From: Nageia nagi
Lineage: Eukaryota > Plantae > Pinophyta
Assembly (NCBI GenBank): GCA_050084985.1
Contig: JBITNC010000001.1
Span: 144,336,001-144,400,000 of the forward strand
Reading direction: 5' to 3'
Length of the DNA: 64,000 nt
Both the position numbers and the translations under genes were made by a program. The notes beneath the pieces are model-generated. The model did not search any database. It saw nothing but the letters and a program-made list of their open reading frames with translations, and was not told the DNA's origin. Below, piece after piece: positions 41,100 through 53,878 of the stretch. Numbering within the stretch: position 1 is the first letter of the stretch; the number at the start of each line of letters is the position of its first letter.

Positions 41100-42718
41100 T
41101 TTTGTATGCAAAAAATTATGTATGGATAATTTATCATGTTGTGTATGGAGGTGCATAATCAGTACATTAGATCCTAAATACTAAAATGGGATCAATGTAA
41201 GCCTTGGGATGGATGGTCACTATTTATTGTGTGTGAAGGAAGGAGTAGGCCAGGGTACCATATTGTCTTTACATGGTTTTACCTACATATTGGCCACATC
41301 TCCATTTTAGATACTCTAAACTAAACTTGACACATGCTACTCTTTGGAGAGTATTCTATACTCACCATAGTGGCCACATGAGGTTGACTAGGTAATCAAA
41401 TCCTATACATAACCATTATTCCATTTTATATTTAAAAAAATAATATTTATGAATATAGTGTCCAAGACTACCCAAATAAGCATTGTGCTTACCATAAAGT
41501 AGTAGCTAAAGGAAAATATAGTGACTTTGAGAAGATAAGAAGTGAATATATTGATAAGCTAAGACAAGAGATGATCCAAAAATCATTTCCTCCAGTAGAT
41601 TATCCTCCTCTTAAAATGATATCTTCCTCCCCTCCAAGAATCAAAATTGGTAAGCCAAAATGGTATAGTCCTAATGGACAATCCCTTGAGGTTAAAGAAA
41701 TATTCCCTCCAAAGGAATATTGTTACAGAGTATCTATAAAGGATCTAAAGATCCAAGTACATGTATGTCCCTTTACCCCAATCAGAGGAGATAAAGTAGA
41801 ATCTCAATCCTCATACAATAAATAATTAAATTGGATAAATGAACATCTGATTGTAGAAGTAGAAAAGACTTCTCATATAGAAGCATGCTTTGAGAAAATA
41901 GTCCATTTGTATGAAGATGAATTAGAGCATAAGAAAGAAATCAAAGAAAAGTTGAAAAAATGGATGATCAAATCATTTATATAAAAATTAAGTTTGAAGA
42001 GCTACCATAGAGACATATTCATTGCCTTGAGTTGTTGCTAACTATTAAATAATTCCTTCCTATTTCTCTCAAAGGAATTTATAATGCTCCAACGAAGTCT
42101 TTAGATGCAACAAAGGTAGATATCTAGTCCTATTTCTAGTGGACTGGATGGTCTAGAAAAATGTAAGCTTTGAAAGGAGAATCTTTGGTCTCCTTGTTGT
42201 CAAAAAGCAAATGGTTGTTGAATACAAAGATTGGCTTTGTAGACACCTAAATTTTTCCCATAAGGTAAAACTCTTTGTATAAAAATCTTTGAATATGAAT
42301 AAATCTGAAAAAAGATAAATAATTTTAGGTGATGAGGAAGAATATGATCTTAAGCCTCTTGATCTATCCAATGTTGGATCTAGATCAAGTAAATATATGT
42401 CTATCAACTATATGATGTGGAATATAGATAAGGAGTCTCCATATCAAAGAAATATTACATTCCAAGCTATATGGACATGGATCCTTCAACAATTGATGTT
42501 TTTCCAACAACCAAATCCTAGATACATCCTAGATAAGTTAATACCCTACTTCAAAGGTATCTTTAAGTCTTGGTGGGAGTGTAAGTCTATCCAGTGGAGA
42601 CAAGTGTTCATGGAACAAAAAGATTCCCAAAATAAGTATGACTACCTCAAGTAGTTAATGATCATTCTAGCTCAAGATTTTATTAGAGACAAAGAAGATG
42701 CCAAAGGAGAATCTCAAC
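41100..42718 (+). mobile_element. Endogenous caulimovirid (florendovirus-like) ORF1 5' portion, copy 1: pre-coat region and coat protein N-half
   Basis: Long frame broken by point stops: GQSLEVKEIFPP..CPFTP..K*LNWINEHL, then YMMWNIDKESPYQ..LIPYFKGIFKSWWE, matching the caulimovirid CP WNIDG..GFTGxLKGWWD pattern. Confidence 0.75.
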
Positions 42719-45217
42719 TTATCTGTAATATAATTTTTATCTCAACTGATCTATTTTAATTTTGGTTTTTTATCTCACATAGAAAAGATATTAATACCAA
42801 ATGTAATAGAAAACTAATTGTATAAAGGAAATAAAATACCATAAAGAATTTACCAAATAGCTCTCTTTATCTCATGGATTTATAGTACATCCCTTGAACT
42901 CTCTCACTATTTTCAACACTTAGTATTTTTTTCCACACTTTTCACACTCTTCTCCCGTGGACTAGCAAAAATCTAGAAAAAAAAATTAATACTCACTAGT
43001 CTTCCTTTTATAATTTTAAGGAAGCTAGGTTACAAAATTTAGTTTTAACAAACTAATTGGAATTATACCTCATAGAGATAATTTTGGTTTTGGCCAGCAA
43101 CCAATCTTATCTCTTACTTAGCCTTCTCTAGGATAGCTATAACAAATAACAACTATGATTATTTCTCACATTTGAAATAATACCAAACTCTTAAATATAC
43201 CCCAACTCTTACAAATCATTATAAATAATATAATTTTTCACTCTTGCAAATTTAAAAATAGCTAAAATAAATGAATATTATCTCCCCTCCTTTGTTTTAG
43301 GTAAATAATGACAACATTCTAAAAAATAGTCTAATAATACTCAATACCCAAAAAATAATCAAATATCAAATTAAACCCCAAATAGCATAAAATGGGCATT
43401 AAATGTGAAGGTTGGGGATCTAAATGGGTCTATTGGTTGGTGGTTTCTAGTGGTGGGATTTTACTCTCCTTCACATGCAGGTTAGGTGGGGTCTTGACCC
43501 CCTTTGATTGGTGCTTTTACCTTATCATTGGGTTCTCCTTCTCCCACATGATTAGATTGGTAGTTTCTTCTTTTGTTTTAAAATGTTACCCCTTTTACCT
43601 TGTACTCTACGTAATGATGATGTGGCCTAGTTGACCTCTATTTGACCATGCATTCCCCTCCTTGGATTTCTTATTTCCATCCATCTCATTGGGCTTCTAA
43701 TGTTTTATTTATTTTTTTGGAATTGTATTTTATTTTAATTTTGTAAATAAATACAAAAATATATAAAACTTTAAACCTTCAAAATAGAAAATCTAGGAGT
43801 CAATTTTTGAGTCATTGGAATTGATAAGATAATCAAATTTTGGATCACTCCTCCCCGTTAAGAGGAATTTTGGTCCCCAAATTTTAAAAACTATGGTAAA
43901 ATTGAGGAACCTCATTCCCCATCAGGGCTCCTTGCCAAATTGGCCTCGATAAACTTGTTGTGTTGATATCCATGGACACCATAGCATTAAAATCAATAAA
44001 AATTTCATAAGAAAAATGATTCCCAAATGGATATGGATATGGCATTACCATTTTTCATACTGTATTACTGGTGAGTTTTGCCTCATTTCATCTTTTAATG
44101 TGCATGGTTACTCCCTCGGTATTCACAACACTTGGAAGCTTTAATCCTACACAAGCAAGTTCTCATAAATAAAGAAGAATATTGATCTCATGATATTGTT
44201 CAGGTTCTACAAAATTGTAGCATTGGTATTTTCTTTATCTCTCCCTTGATCAAACCACCTAGGTGCTTGTTTGAGATACATCTTCCAACACCTTCTTTAA
44301 ACATGACCATCCTTATCGCAATAACAATAATGTCCTTTCTTTTTCTTATTCTCCTCCTTTTTAGGATGCAACAACTTTATCTTTTCCTTTAGTCTTGGAT
44401 TGGTTTTCCTCTCGATCAAACCTTCCACTTTGCTCTAGATAATTATGCTTGGACCACATACTTCTTCCAGATCTATAGGCTTAAAAAAGTAAATGGTTTG
44501 ATGAAGATAGCTATGAAGGCCTCCAATGTACTTCAATAAACATGCATTAGATTTCAAAGACTCACCAAGCAAGGTAGCTCTTTTCTTGAATTTAGTGGTA
44601 TACTCTTGAATACTTTATCCTTTTGATTTCTTGAAATGGTAGCACTCCATGGTTTGATTTTGATGATGGCCAAGGGAGTAGAACTAATATTGAAGCAATT
44701 ATTTGAATGCACTCCATATTGTTACTGGTGTTTGTCAAAACTTGTGATGAAATCCAAATAGTATTCCCACCAAACTAGAGCATGTCTCTCTTACTTTAGT
44801 GTAGCTATTTCAATTTTAGTTACATCACCTTCAATCTTCTGGACTCAAAAATAGGCTTTCATTTTCTTAAACTATTGGTTAAACTTTTTAAGATCCATCT
44901 CTCCTCCAAATGATTTGATCTTGAATTTTACCTCTAGCTTCAAGGGCAATCTTTTCTCAATTTGAGAACTCTCTCCAATTATATTCTCTTTTCCTTTAGA
45001 TCTATCATCTTGATTCTTTTGCAAATTTGCAATAGTATAAACCAAGTTACTCAATATCTCCTCGATCATCTTGAGTCTTTTTGAAAAATATCCTTACATA
45101 GTACTTGGATTCATTTCTACCATTCTAGCTTCTCTTTGTTGCCTCATCAAATTCTTGATTCAATCTTAGGATCCTCTTCAACAATCTATCCTTCACCTTG
45201 TTTACTTTTGGATCTAG
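42719..45217 (-). mobile_element. Gag-only LTR retroelement, truncated copy 1 (3' LTR 42719-43847, PPT, gag)
   Basis: LTR ends GGATCA at 43847, followed by ctcctcccc (minus-strand PPT); gag ORF 44872-45069 (LKLEVKFKIKSFGGEMD); cut by another LTR at 45218. Confidence 0.8.
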
Positions 45218-45880
45218 TGTTAGAATTTGTAATGAAATATTGTGAATATCTAAACTCCTTGTAAGTTAAATTAATCACTTAAAGGATATGTAGATACCTT
45301 AAGGGATTAATTGAATTCTTTATTATGTGTGGACTTTGACCTAACCATGGGGTTAGTTGGTAGGTTAAAGTTAGGTCACACATTTATTGTAACCCTAACC
45401 TTACCCTTGGGTTAAAGGGAGGTTAGGGAGGTGCTCTCAAGCTATAAATAGAGGGCCTCTCCTCTTGTAACATATCTAAGTTTTGGAGTAAGATTACTCT
45501 ACTAGTTTGTGTAGGAGAGAGGAAGAGAATAGTTGTAAGAGGGGCATACTTGAGAATTGAGATACTAGTTGTGGATGTACTCCCAAGGAGGGAGGAACCA
45601 CATTATATTGGTGTCATATTGTGTGAATGGTGTTGTTAGCTAGTAGATGATGAATGATTTAGCTTCCTAGTCTTGGACCTTGAGAATTAGATCTAGGCTA
45701 ATTCCATCAATTGGTATCTAGAGCTTGGTGTGGAAGCTATTCTTCTACATCTTGGAGGTTCTTCATCCTTCTTCATTCCTTTGGTGTGGAAGCTCTTCTT
45801 CTACATTTTGGAGGTTCTTCATCCTTCTTCATTCCTCATCTTACACCCCATTGGTGAGGTAAATTTTAAGAGAAGGTATA
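45218..45880 (+). mobile_element. 5' LTR + tRNA-Met PBS + leader of a different, truncated LTR retrotransposon
   Basis: TGTTAG (45218)..CCATCA (45709), internal TATAAATA at ~45443, PBS TGGTATCTAGAGC at 45712-45724, then two ~56-bp tandem copies. Confidence 0.8.
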
Positions 45881-48800
45881 AATGTAAGTTAATGTACATT
45901 GTTTTCTTCTTGAAAACGTTTTTATATTCTAAAATTATGTTTAAGTGTCATTACATAATTTCTCTTTTGTAAGTGTACGGTAACTTTGGAGTGTGATATG
46001 TACATTGACTGATCTGATTTGGAATAAAATAATGAGATGTGCATCAGCAAAGCTAGGTGGTCTTCCACGTGATATGAACAATTTCTTTTTATATTTAAGC
46101 CTTTAAAAGATGAGAAGTGGTTTGATGGAGAATGTTAGGGCTGATTTACTTGATTCAAAAGCGAGAAATTAGTTGATGTCTTTGTGCTTAACAAAGTTTT
46201 TATATTAAAGAAATAAACATTGAAGAAAGTTCATAGATTGATATTTATTGGATACTTTTGAAGATGGTGATAATTTTAGATTAATAAAGAAATAAAAGAG
46301 TCAAAATTTAAATAAAGTTTTTTTTTTTTTTTTGGATAAAAATAAGATATTGTATGGTTCTCAAAGTATTTGGGTTTTATGTTATGTCAAGATTTTCTAC
46401 TGTTATATCTCCTACTCCTAAAGTATTTTCTCCTGATAAAGGGTCTATCTTCTTTTCCTTAATTGTATCTTTTCCTAAATTTAGATTTTCTTACTTCTTT
46501 TATCTCTTATCATATAAGAAATCCTGATGTCTTCTTCCAACTTCTAACTAATCTTCACTATCTTCTTTTTTATTTTTCTTCTTCTTTCCCATTTCAATTT
46601 ACCTAAATCACCCCTCTTCTAATATATTTTTATTCCTCTTTAAAACTCTATTATTAAATTAATATTTATTTTCCCTACCATTTTTTATTCCCTTTCACCT
46701 AACTATTATTTTATTTTATGAGAAGACATATCGTAACCTCATTTAGTCATGAAGTTGAAAACTTTGCTCCATATCTATCAAATTTCGTAGTTTATATTTA
46801 TATGGATATTTTGTATGCAAAAAATTATGTATGGATAATTTATCATGTTCTGTATGGAGGTGCACAGTGAGTACATTAGATCCTAAAGACTAAAATGGGA
46901 TCGATGTAAGCCTTGGGATGGATGGTCACTATTTATTGTGTGTGAAGGAAGGAGAAGGCCAGGGTACCATATTGCCTTTACATGGTTTTACCTGCATATT
47001 GGCCACATCTCCATTTTAGATATGCTAAACTAAACCTGACACATGTTACTCTTTGGAGAGTATTCTATACTCACCATAGTGGCCACATGAGGCTGACTGG
47101 GTAATCAAATCCTATACATAACCACTATTCCATTTTATATTTAAAAAAATAATATTAATGAATATAGTGTCCAAGACTACCCAAATAAGCATTGTGCTTA
47201 CCATAAAGTAGTAGCTAAATGAAAAGATAGTGACTTTGAGAAGACAAGAAGTGAATAGATTGATAAGCTAAGATAAGAGATGATCCAAAAATCATTTCCT
47301 CCAATAGATTATCCTCCTCTTAAAATGATATCTTCCTCCCCTACAAGAATCAAAATTGGTAAGCCAAAATGGTATAGTCCTAATGGACAATCCCTTGAGG
47401 TTAAAGAAAGATTTCCTCCAAAGGAATATTGTTATAGAGTATCTATAAAGGATCTAAAAATCCAAGTACATGTATGTCCCTTTACCCCAATCAGAGGAGA
47501 TAAATTAGAATCTCAATCCTCATACAATAAATAATTAAATTGGATAAATGAACATCTGATTGTAGAAGTAGAAAATACTTCTCATATAGAAGCATGCTTT
47601 GAGAAAATAGTCCATTTGTATGAAGATGAATTAGAACATAAGAAAGAAATCATAGAAAAGTTGAAGAAAATGGATGATCAAATCATTTATATAAAAATTA
47701 AGTTTGAAGAGCTACCATAGAGACATATTCATTGCCTTGAGTTGTTGCTAACTATTAAATAATTCCTTCCTATTTTTCTCAAAGGAATTTATAATGCTCC
47801 AACGAAGTCTTTAGATGCAACAAAGGTAGATATCTAGTCCTATTTCTAGTGGACTGGATGGTCTAGAAAAATGTAAGCTTTGAAAGGAGAATCTTTGGTC
47901 TCCTTGTTGTCAAAAAGCAAATGGTTGTTGAATACAAAGATTGGCTTTGTAGACACCTAAATTTTGCCCATAAGGTAAAACTCTTTGTATAAAAATCTTT
48001 GAATATGAATAAATTTGAAAAAAGATAGATAATTTTAGGTGATGAGGAAGAATATGATCTTAAGCCTCTTGATCTATCCAATGTTGGATCTAGATCAAGT
48101 AAATATATGTCTATCAACTATATGATGTTGAATATAGATAAGGAGTCTCCACATCAAAGAAATATTACATTCCAAGCTATATGGACATGGATCCTTCAAC
48201 AATTGATGTTTTTCCAACAACCAAATCCTAGATATATCCTAGATAAGTTAATATCCTACTTCAAAGGTATCTTTAAGTCTTGGTGGGAGTGTAAGTCTAT
48301 CCAGTGGAGACAAGTGTTCATGGAACAAAAAGATTCCCAAAATAAGTATGACTACCTCAAGTAGTTAATGATCATTCTGGCTCAAGATTTTATTAGAGAC
48401 AAAGAAGATGCCAAAGGAGAATCTTAACTTATCTGTAATATAATTTTTATCTCAACGGATCTATTTTAATTTTGCTTTTTTATCTCACATAGAAAAGATA
48501 TTAATACCAAATGTAATAGGAAAATAATCGTACAAAGGAAATAAAATACCACAAAATAATTTACCAAATATCTCTCTTTATCTCATGGAGTTATAGTACA
48601 TCCCTTGAACTCTCTCACTATTTTTAACACTTAGTATTTTTTTCCACACTTTTCACACTCTTCTCTCGTGGACTAGTGAAAATCTAGACAAAAAAAATTA
48701 ATACTCACTAGTCTTCCTTTTATAATTTTAAGGAAGCTAGGTTACAAAATTTAGTTTTAACAAACTAATTGGAATCATACCTCATAGAGATAATTTTGGT

Positions 48801-50984
48801 TTTGGCTAGCAACCAATCTTATCTCTTACTTAGCCTTCTCTAGGATAGCTATAACAAATAAAAAATATGATTATTTCTCACATTTGAAATAATACCAAAC
48901 TCTTAAATATACCCCAACTCTTACAAATCATTATAAACAATATAATTTTTCACTCTTGCAAATTTAAAAATAGCTAAAATAAATGAATATTATCTCCCCT
49001 CCTTTGTTTTAGGTAAATAATAATAACATTCTAAAAAATAGTCTAATAATACTCAATACCCAAAAAATAATCAAATATCAAATTAAACCCCAAATAGCAT
49101 AAAATGGGCATTAAATGTGAAGGTTGGGGATCTAAATGGGTCTATTGGTTGGTGGTTTCTAGTGGTGGGATTTTACTCTCCTTCACATGCAGGTTAGGTG
49201 GGGTCTTGACCCCCTTTGATTGGTGCTTTTACCTTGTCGTTGGGTTCTCCTTCTCCCACATGATTAGATTGGTAGTTTCTTCCTTTGTTTTAAAATGTTA
49301 CCCCTTTTACCTTGTACTCTAGGTAATGATGATGTGGCATAGTTGACTTCTATTTGACCATGCATTCCCCTCCTTGGATTTCGTATTTCCATCCATCTCA
49401 TTGGGCTTCTAATGTTTTATTTATTTTTTTAGAATTGTATTTTATTTTAATTTTGTAAATAAATACAAAAATATATAAAACTTTAAACCTTCATAATAGA
49501 AAATCTAGGAGTCAATTTTTGAGTCATTGGAACCGATAAGTTCATATTGAAGAGCTTTGCAATGTGGAATACTTATTTTTATGAAATGAGATAATCAAAT
49601 TTTGGATCACTCCTCCCCATTAAGAGGACTTTTGGTCCCTAAAATTTTAAAAACTATGGTAAAATTGAGGAACCTCATTTTCCATCAGGGCTCCTTGCCA
49701 AATTGGCCTCCACAAACTTGTTGTGTTGAATATCCATGGACACCATGGCTTAAAACCAATAAAACATTCATAAGAAAAATGATTCCCATATGGATATGGA
49801 TATGGCATTACCATTTTTCATACTATATTACTGGAGAGTTTTACCTCATTTCATCTTTTTGCATGTGCATGGTTACTCCCTCAGTATTCACAACACTTGG
49901 AAGCTTTAATCCTACACAAGCCAAGTTCTCATAAATAAAGAAGAATATTTGATCTCATGATATTGTTCAGGTTCTACAAAATTGTAGCATTGGTCTTTTC
50001 TTTATCTCTCCCTTGATCAAACCACCTAGGTGCTTGTTTGAGATACATCTTCCAACACCCTTCTTTAACATGACTATCCTTATCGTAATAAGAATAATGT
50101 CCTTTCTTTTTCTTATTCTCCTCCTTTGTAGAGGATGCAATAACTTTATCTTTTCCTTTAGTCTTGGATTGGTAGTCCTCTCGATCAAACCTTCCACTTT
50201 GCTCTAGATATTACGCTTGGACACATACTTCATCCAGATCTGTAGGCTTAAAAAGTAAAATGGTTTGATGAAGATAGCTATGAAGGCCTCTAATGTACTT
50301 AAATAAACATGCATTAGATTTCAAAGACTCACCAAGCAAGGTAGCTCTTTTCTTGAATTTAGTGGTATACTCTTGAATACTTTATCCTTTTGATTTCTTG
50401 AAATGGTAGCACTCCATGGTTTGATTTTGATGATGGCCAAGGGAGTAGAACTAATATTGAAGCAATTATTTGAATGCACTCCATATTGTTACTGGTGTTT
50501 GTCAAAACTTGTGATGAAATCCAAATAGTATTCCCACCAAACTAGAGCATGTCTCTCTTACTTTAGTGTAGCTATTTCAATTTTAGTTACATCACCTTCA
50601 ATCTTCTGGACTCAAAAATAGGCTTTCATTTTCTTAAACTATTGGTTAAACTTTTTAAGATCCATCTCTCCTCCAAATGATTTGATCTTGAATTTTACCT
50701 CTAGCTTCAAGGGCAATCTTTTCTCAATTTGAGAACTCTCTCCAATTATATTCTCTTTTCCTTTAGATCTATCATCTTGATTCTTTTGCAAATTTGCAAT
50801 AGTATAAACCAAGTTACTCAATATCTCCTTGATCATCTTGAGTCTTTTTGAAAAATCTCCTTACATAGTACTTGGATTCATTTCTACCATTCTAGCTTCT
50901 CTTTGTTGCCTCAACAAATTCTTGATTCAATCTTAGGATCCTCTTCAACAATCTCTCCTTCACCTTGTTTACTTTGGGATATAG
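45881..50984 (+). repeat. Segmental duplication: 45881-46355 copies 36438-36911 and 46356-50984 copies 40647-45217
   Basis: Colinear high identity; paired ORFs 41571/47280, 42397/48107, 43392/49104 and 44872/50639. Confidence 0.95.
46809..48428 (+). mobile_element. Endogenous caulimovirid ORF1 5' portion, copy 2
   Basis: Duplicate of 41100-42718; continues at 52299 after removal of the LTR element. Confidence 0.75.
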
Positions 50985-52298
50985 TAATCATGCAAAATAA
51001 TTACAACCAAACAAAGCCTTGCAAAGATAGATTCAATAAATACCCATAAAAAAAAATGCTCTAATACCTATATGATCCATAATATAATTTTTGTCTCAAT
51101 GGATTTATTTTAATTTTGCTTTTTTTATCTCATGTAGAAAAGATATTAATACCAAATATAGTATAAAAATAATTGTACAAAGGAAATAAAATACCACACA
51201 AGAATTTACCAAATAGCTCTCTTTATTTCTTGAAGTTATAGTACATCCCTTGAATGCTCTCACCATTTTCAACACTTAGTACTTTTTTCCACACATTTCA
51301 CACTCTCTTCTCCCATGGACTAGCGAAAATCTAGACTAAAAAATAATAATACTCACTATTCTTCCTTTTATAATTTTAAAGAAGCTAGGTTACAATTTTT
51401 AGTTTTAAAAAAATAATTGGAATCCTACCTTGTAGAGATAATTTTTGTTGTGGCCATCAACCAATCTTATCTCTTACTTAGCCTCCTCAAAGATAGTTAT
51501 AACAAATAACAACTATGATTATTTATCACCTTTGAAATAATACCAAACTCCTAAATATACCAAACTCTTACAAATCATTATAAATAATATAATTTACCAC
51601 ACTTGCAAATTTAAAAATAGCTAAAACAAATAAATATTATCTCCCCTCTTTTGTTTTAGGGAAATAATAACAACATTCTAAAAAATAGTCTAATATTAAT
51701 CAATACCTAAAAAATAATAAAATATCATATTAAACCCCAAATAGCATAAAATGAGTAGCTCTAATCTCCTTCTGCCACTTGGCAGTCTTTTGAATGGCAT
51801 TGAATGTGAAGGTTGGCGAGCTAAATGGCTCTATTGGTTGGGGGCTTCTATCAAAAAGATTTTACTCTCCTTTGCATGTGGGTTAGGTGGGGTCTTAACC
51901 CCCTTTGATTGACACTTTCACCTTTTCATTGGGTTCTCCTTCTCCCACATGATTGGATTGGTGGCTTCTTCTTTTATTTTAAAATGCTTCCCCTTTTACC
52001 TTGTACTCTACACAGTGATGATGTGGCATAGTTGACCTCCATTTGTCCATGCATTCTCCTCCTTGGATTACATATTTCCACCCATCTCATTAGGTTTCTA
52101 ATTTTTTATTTATTTTTTTAGCATTGGATTTTATTTTAATTTTGTAAATAAATACAAAAATATATCAAACTTCAAACCTTCACAATAGACAATCTAAGAT
52201 TTGATTTTTCAAGTTGGTAGAATTGACAAGTTCGATTGAAGAGATTTGCAATTTGGAATACTTATTTTTCTAAACTAAGATGATCAAATTTTGGATCA
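48429..52298 (-). mobile_element. Complete non-autonomous gag-only LTR retrotransposon (TR-GAG-like), ~3.9 kb
   Basis: LTRs 48429-49609 and 51073-52298 with T(G/T)ATC..GGATCA ends; minus-strand PBS (GGTATTAGAGC) at 51058-51068; PPT at ~49610-49618; ~1.46-kb interior with decayed gag and no RT; TSD T(C/T)AAC / TCAAC. Confidence 0.85.
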
Positions 52299-53878
52299 TC
52301 AACAAAGAATTATCCAAATGAAATATTGTTATCTATCATAGTATGATAAGTATTACATGGATTATACTTCATTAGCCTATTTTATAGGTCACCCTAATAA
52401 TACTTCTTATAAAAAGCATTTCTTTATGAGTCTTTCCAAATAGATAGGCCAGTATGTGATTGAACATACTCTCATGAATGATAAAATGGTTATTTATAAT
52501 GGAAAACAAGTGACTGAGAATTTACTATAAAAATAATTGTACAAAGGAAATAAAATACCACACAAGAATTTACCAAATAGCTCTCTTTATTTCTTGAAGT
52601 TATAGTACATCCCTTGAATGCTCTCATCATTTTCAACACTTAGTACTTTTTTTCCACACATTTCACACTCTCTTATCCCATGGACTAGCAAAAATCTATA
52701 CTAAAAATACTCACTATTCTTCCTTTTATAATTTTAAAGAAGCTAGGTTACAATTTTTATTTTGAAAAAAATAATTGGAATCCTACCTTATAGAGATAAT
52801 TTTGGTTGTGGCCATCAACCAATCTTATCTCTTAATTAGCCTCCTCAAAGATAGTTATAACAAATAACAACTGTGATTATTTATCACCTTTGAAATAATA
52901 CCAAACTCCTAAATATACCAAACTCTTACAAATCATTATAAATAATATAATTTACCACACTTGCAAATTTAAAAATAGCTAAACCAAATAAATATTATCT
53001 CCCCTCTTTTGTTTTAGGGAAATAATAACAACATTCTAAAAAATAGTCTAATATTAATCAATACCTTAAAAATAATCAAATATCATATTAAACCCTAAAT
53101 AGAGTAAAATGGGTAGCTCCAATCTACTTCTGCCACTTGGCAGTCTTTTGAATGGCATTGAATGTGAAGGCTGGTGAGCTAGATGGCTCTATTGGTTGGG
53201 GGCTTCTAGCAAAAAGCTTTTACTCTTCTTTGCATGTGGGTTAGGTGGGGTCTTAACCCCCTTTGATCGACACTTTCACCTTTTCATTGGGTTCTCCTTC
53301 TCCCACATGATTGGATTGGTGGCTTCTTCTTTTCTTTTAAAATGCTTCCCCTTTTACCTTGTACTCTACACAATGATGATGTGGCATAGTTGACCTCCAT
53401 TTGTCCATGCATTCTCCTCCTTGGATTACATATTTCCACCCATCTCATTGGGTTTCTAATGTTTTATTTATTTTTTTAGCATTGGATTTTATTTTAATTT
53501 TGTAAATAAATACAAAAATATATCAAACTTCAAACCTTCACAATAGACAATCCAGGATTTGATTTTTCAAGTTGGTAGAATTGACAAGTTTGATTGAAGA
53601 GATTTGCAATTTGGAATACTTATTTTTCTAAACTAAGATGATCAAATTTTGGATCATCAACAAAGAATTATCCAAATGAAATATTATGATCTATCATAGT
53701 ATGATAAGTATTACATGGATTATACTTCATTAGCCTATTTTATAGGCCACCCTAATAATACTTCTTATAAAAAGCATTTCCTTATGAGTCTTTCCAAATA
53801 GATAGGCTAGTATGTGATTGACCATACTCTCATGAATGATGAAAAGGTTATTATTAATGGCAAACAAGTGACTGAAGA
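51162..53878 (+). repeat. 1.36-kb tandem duplication spanning the LTR-virus junction
   Basis: 51162-52517 is repeated at 52526-53876; both copies contain ggatca-tcaac-aaagaattatcc. Confidence 0.95.
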
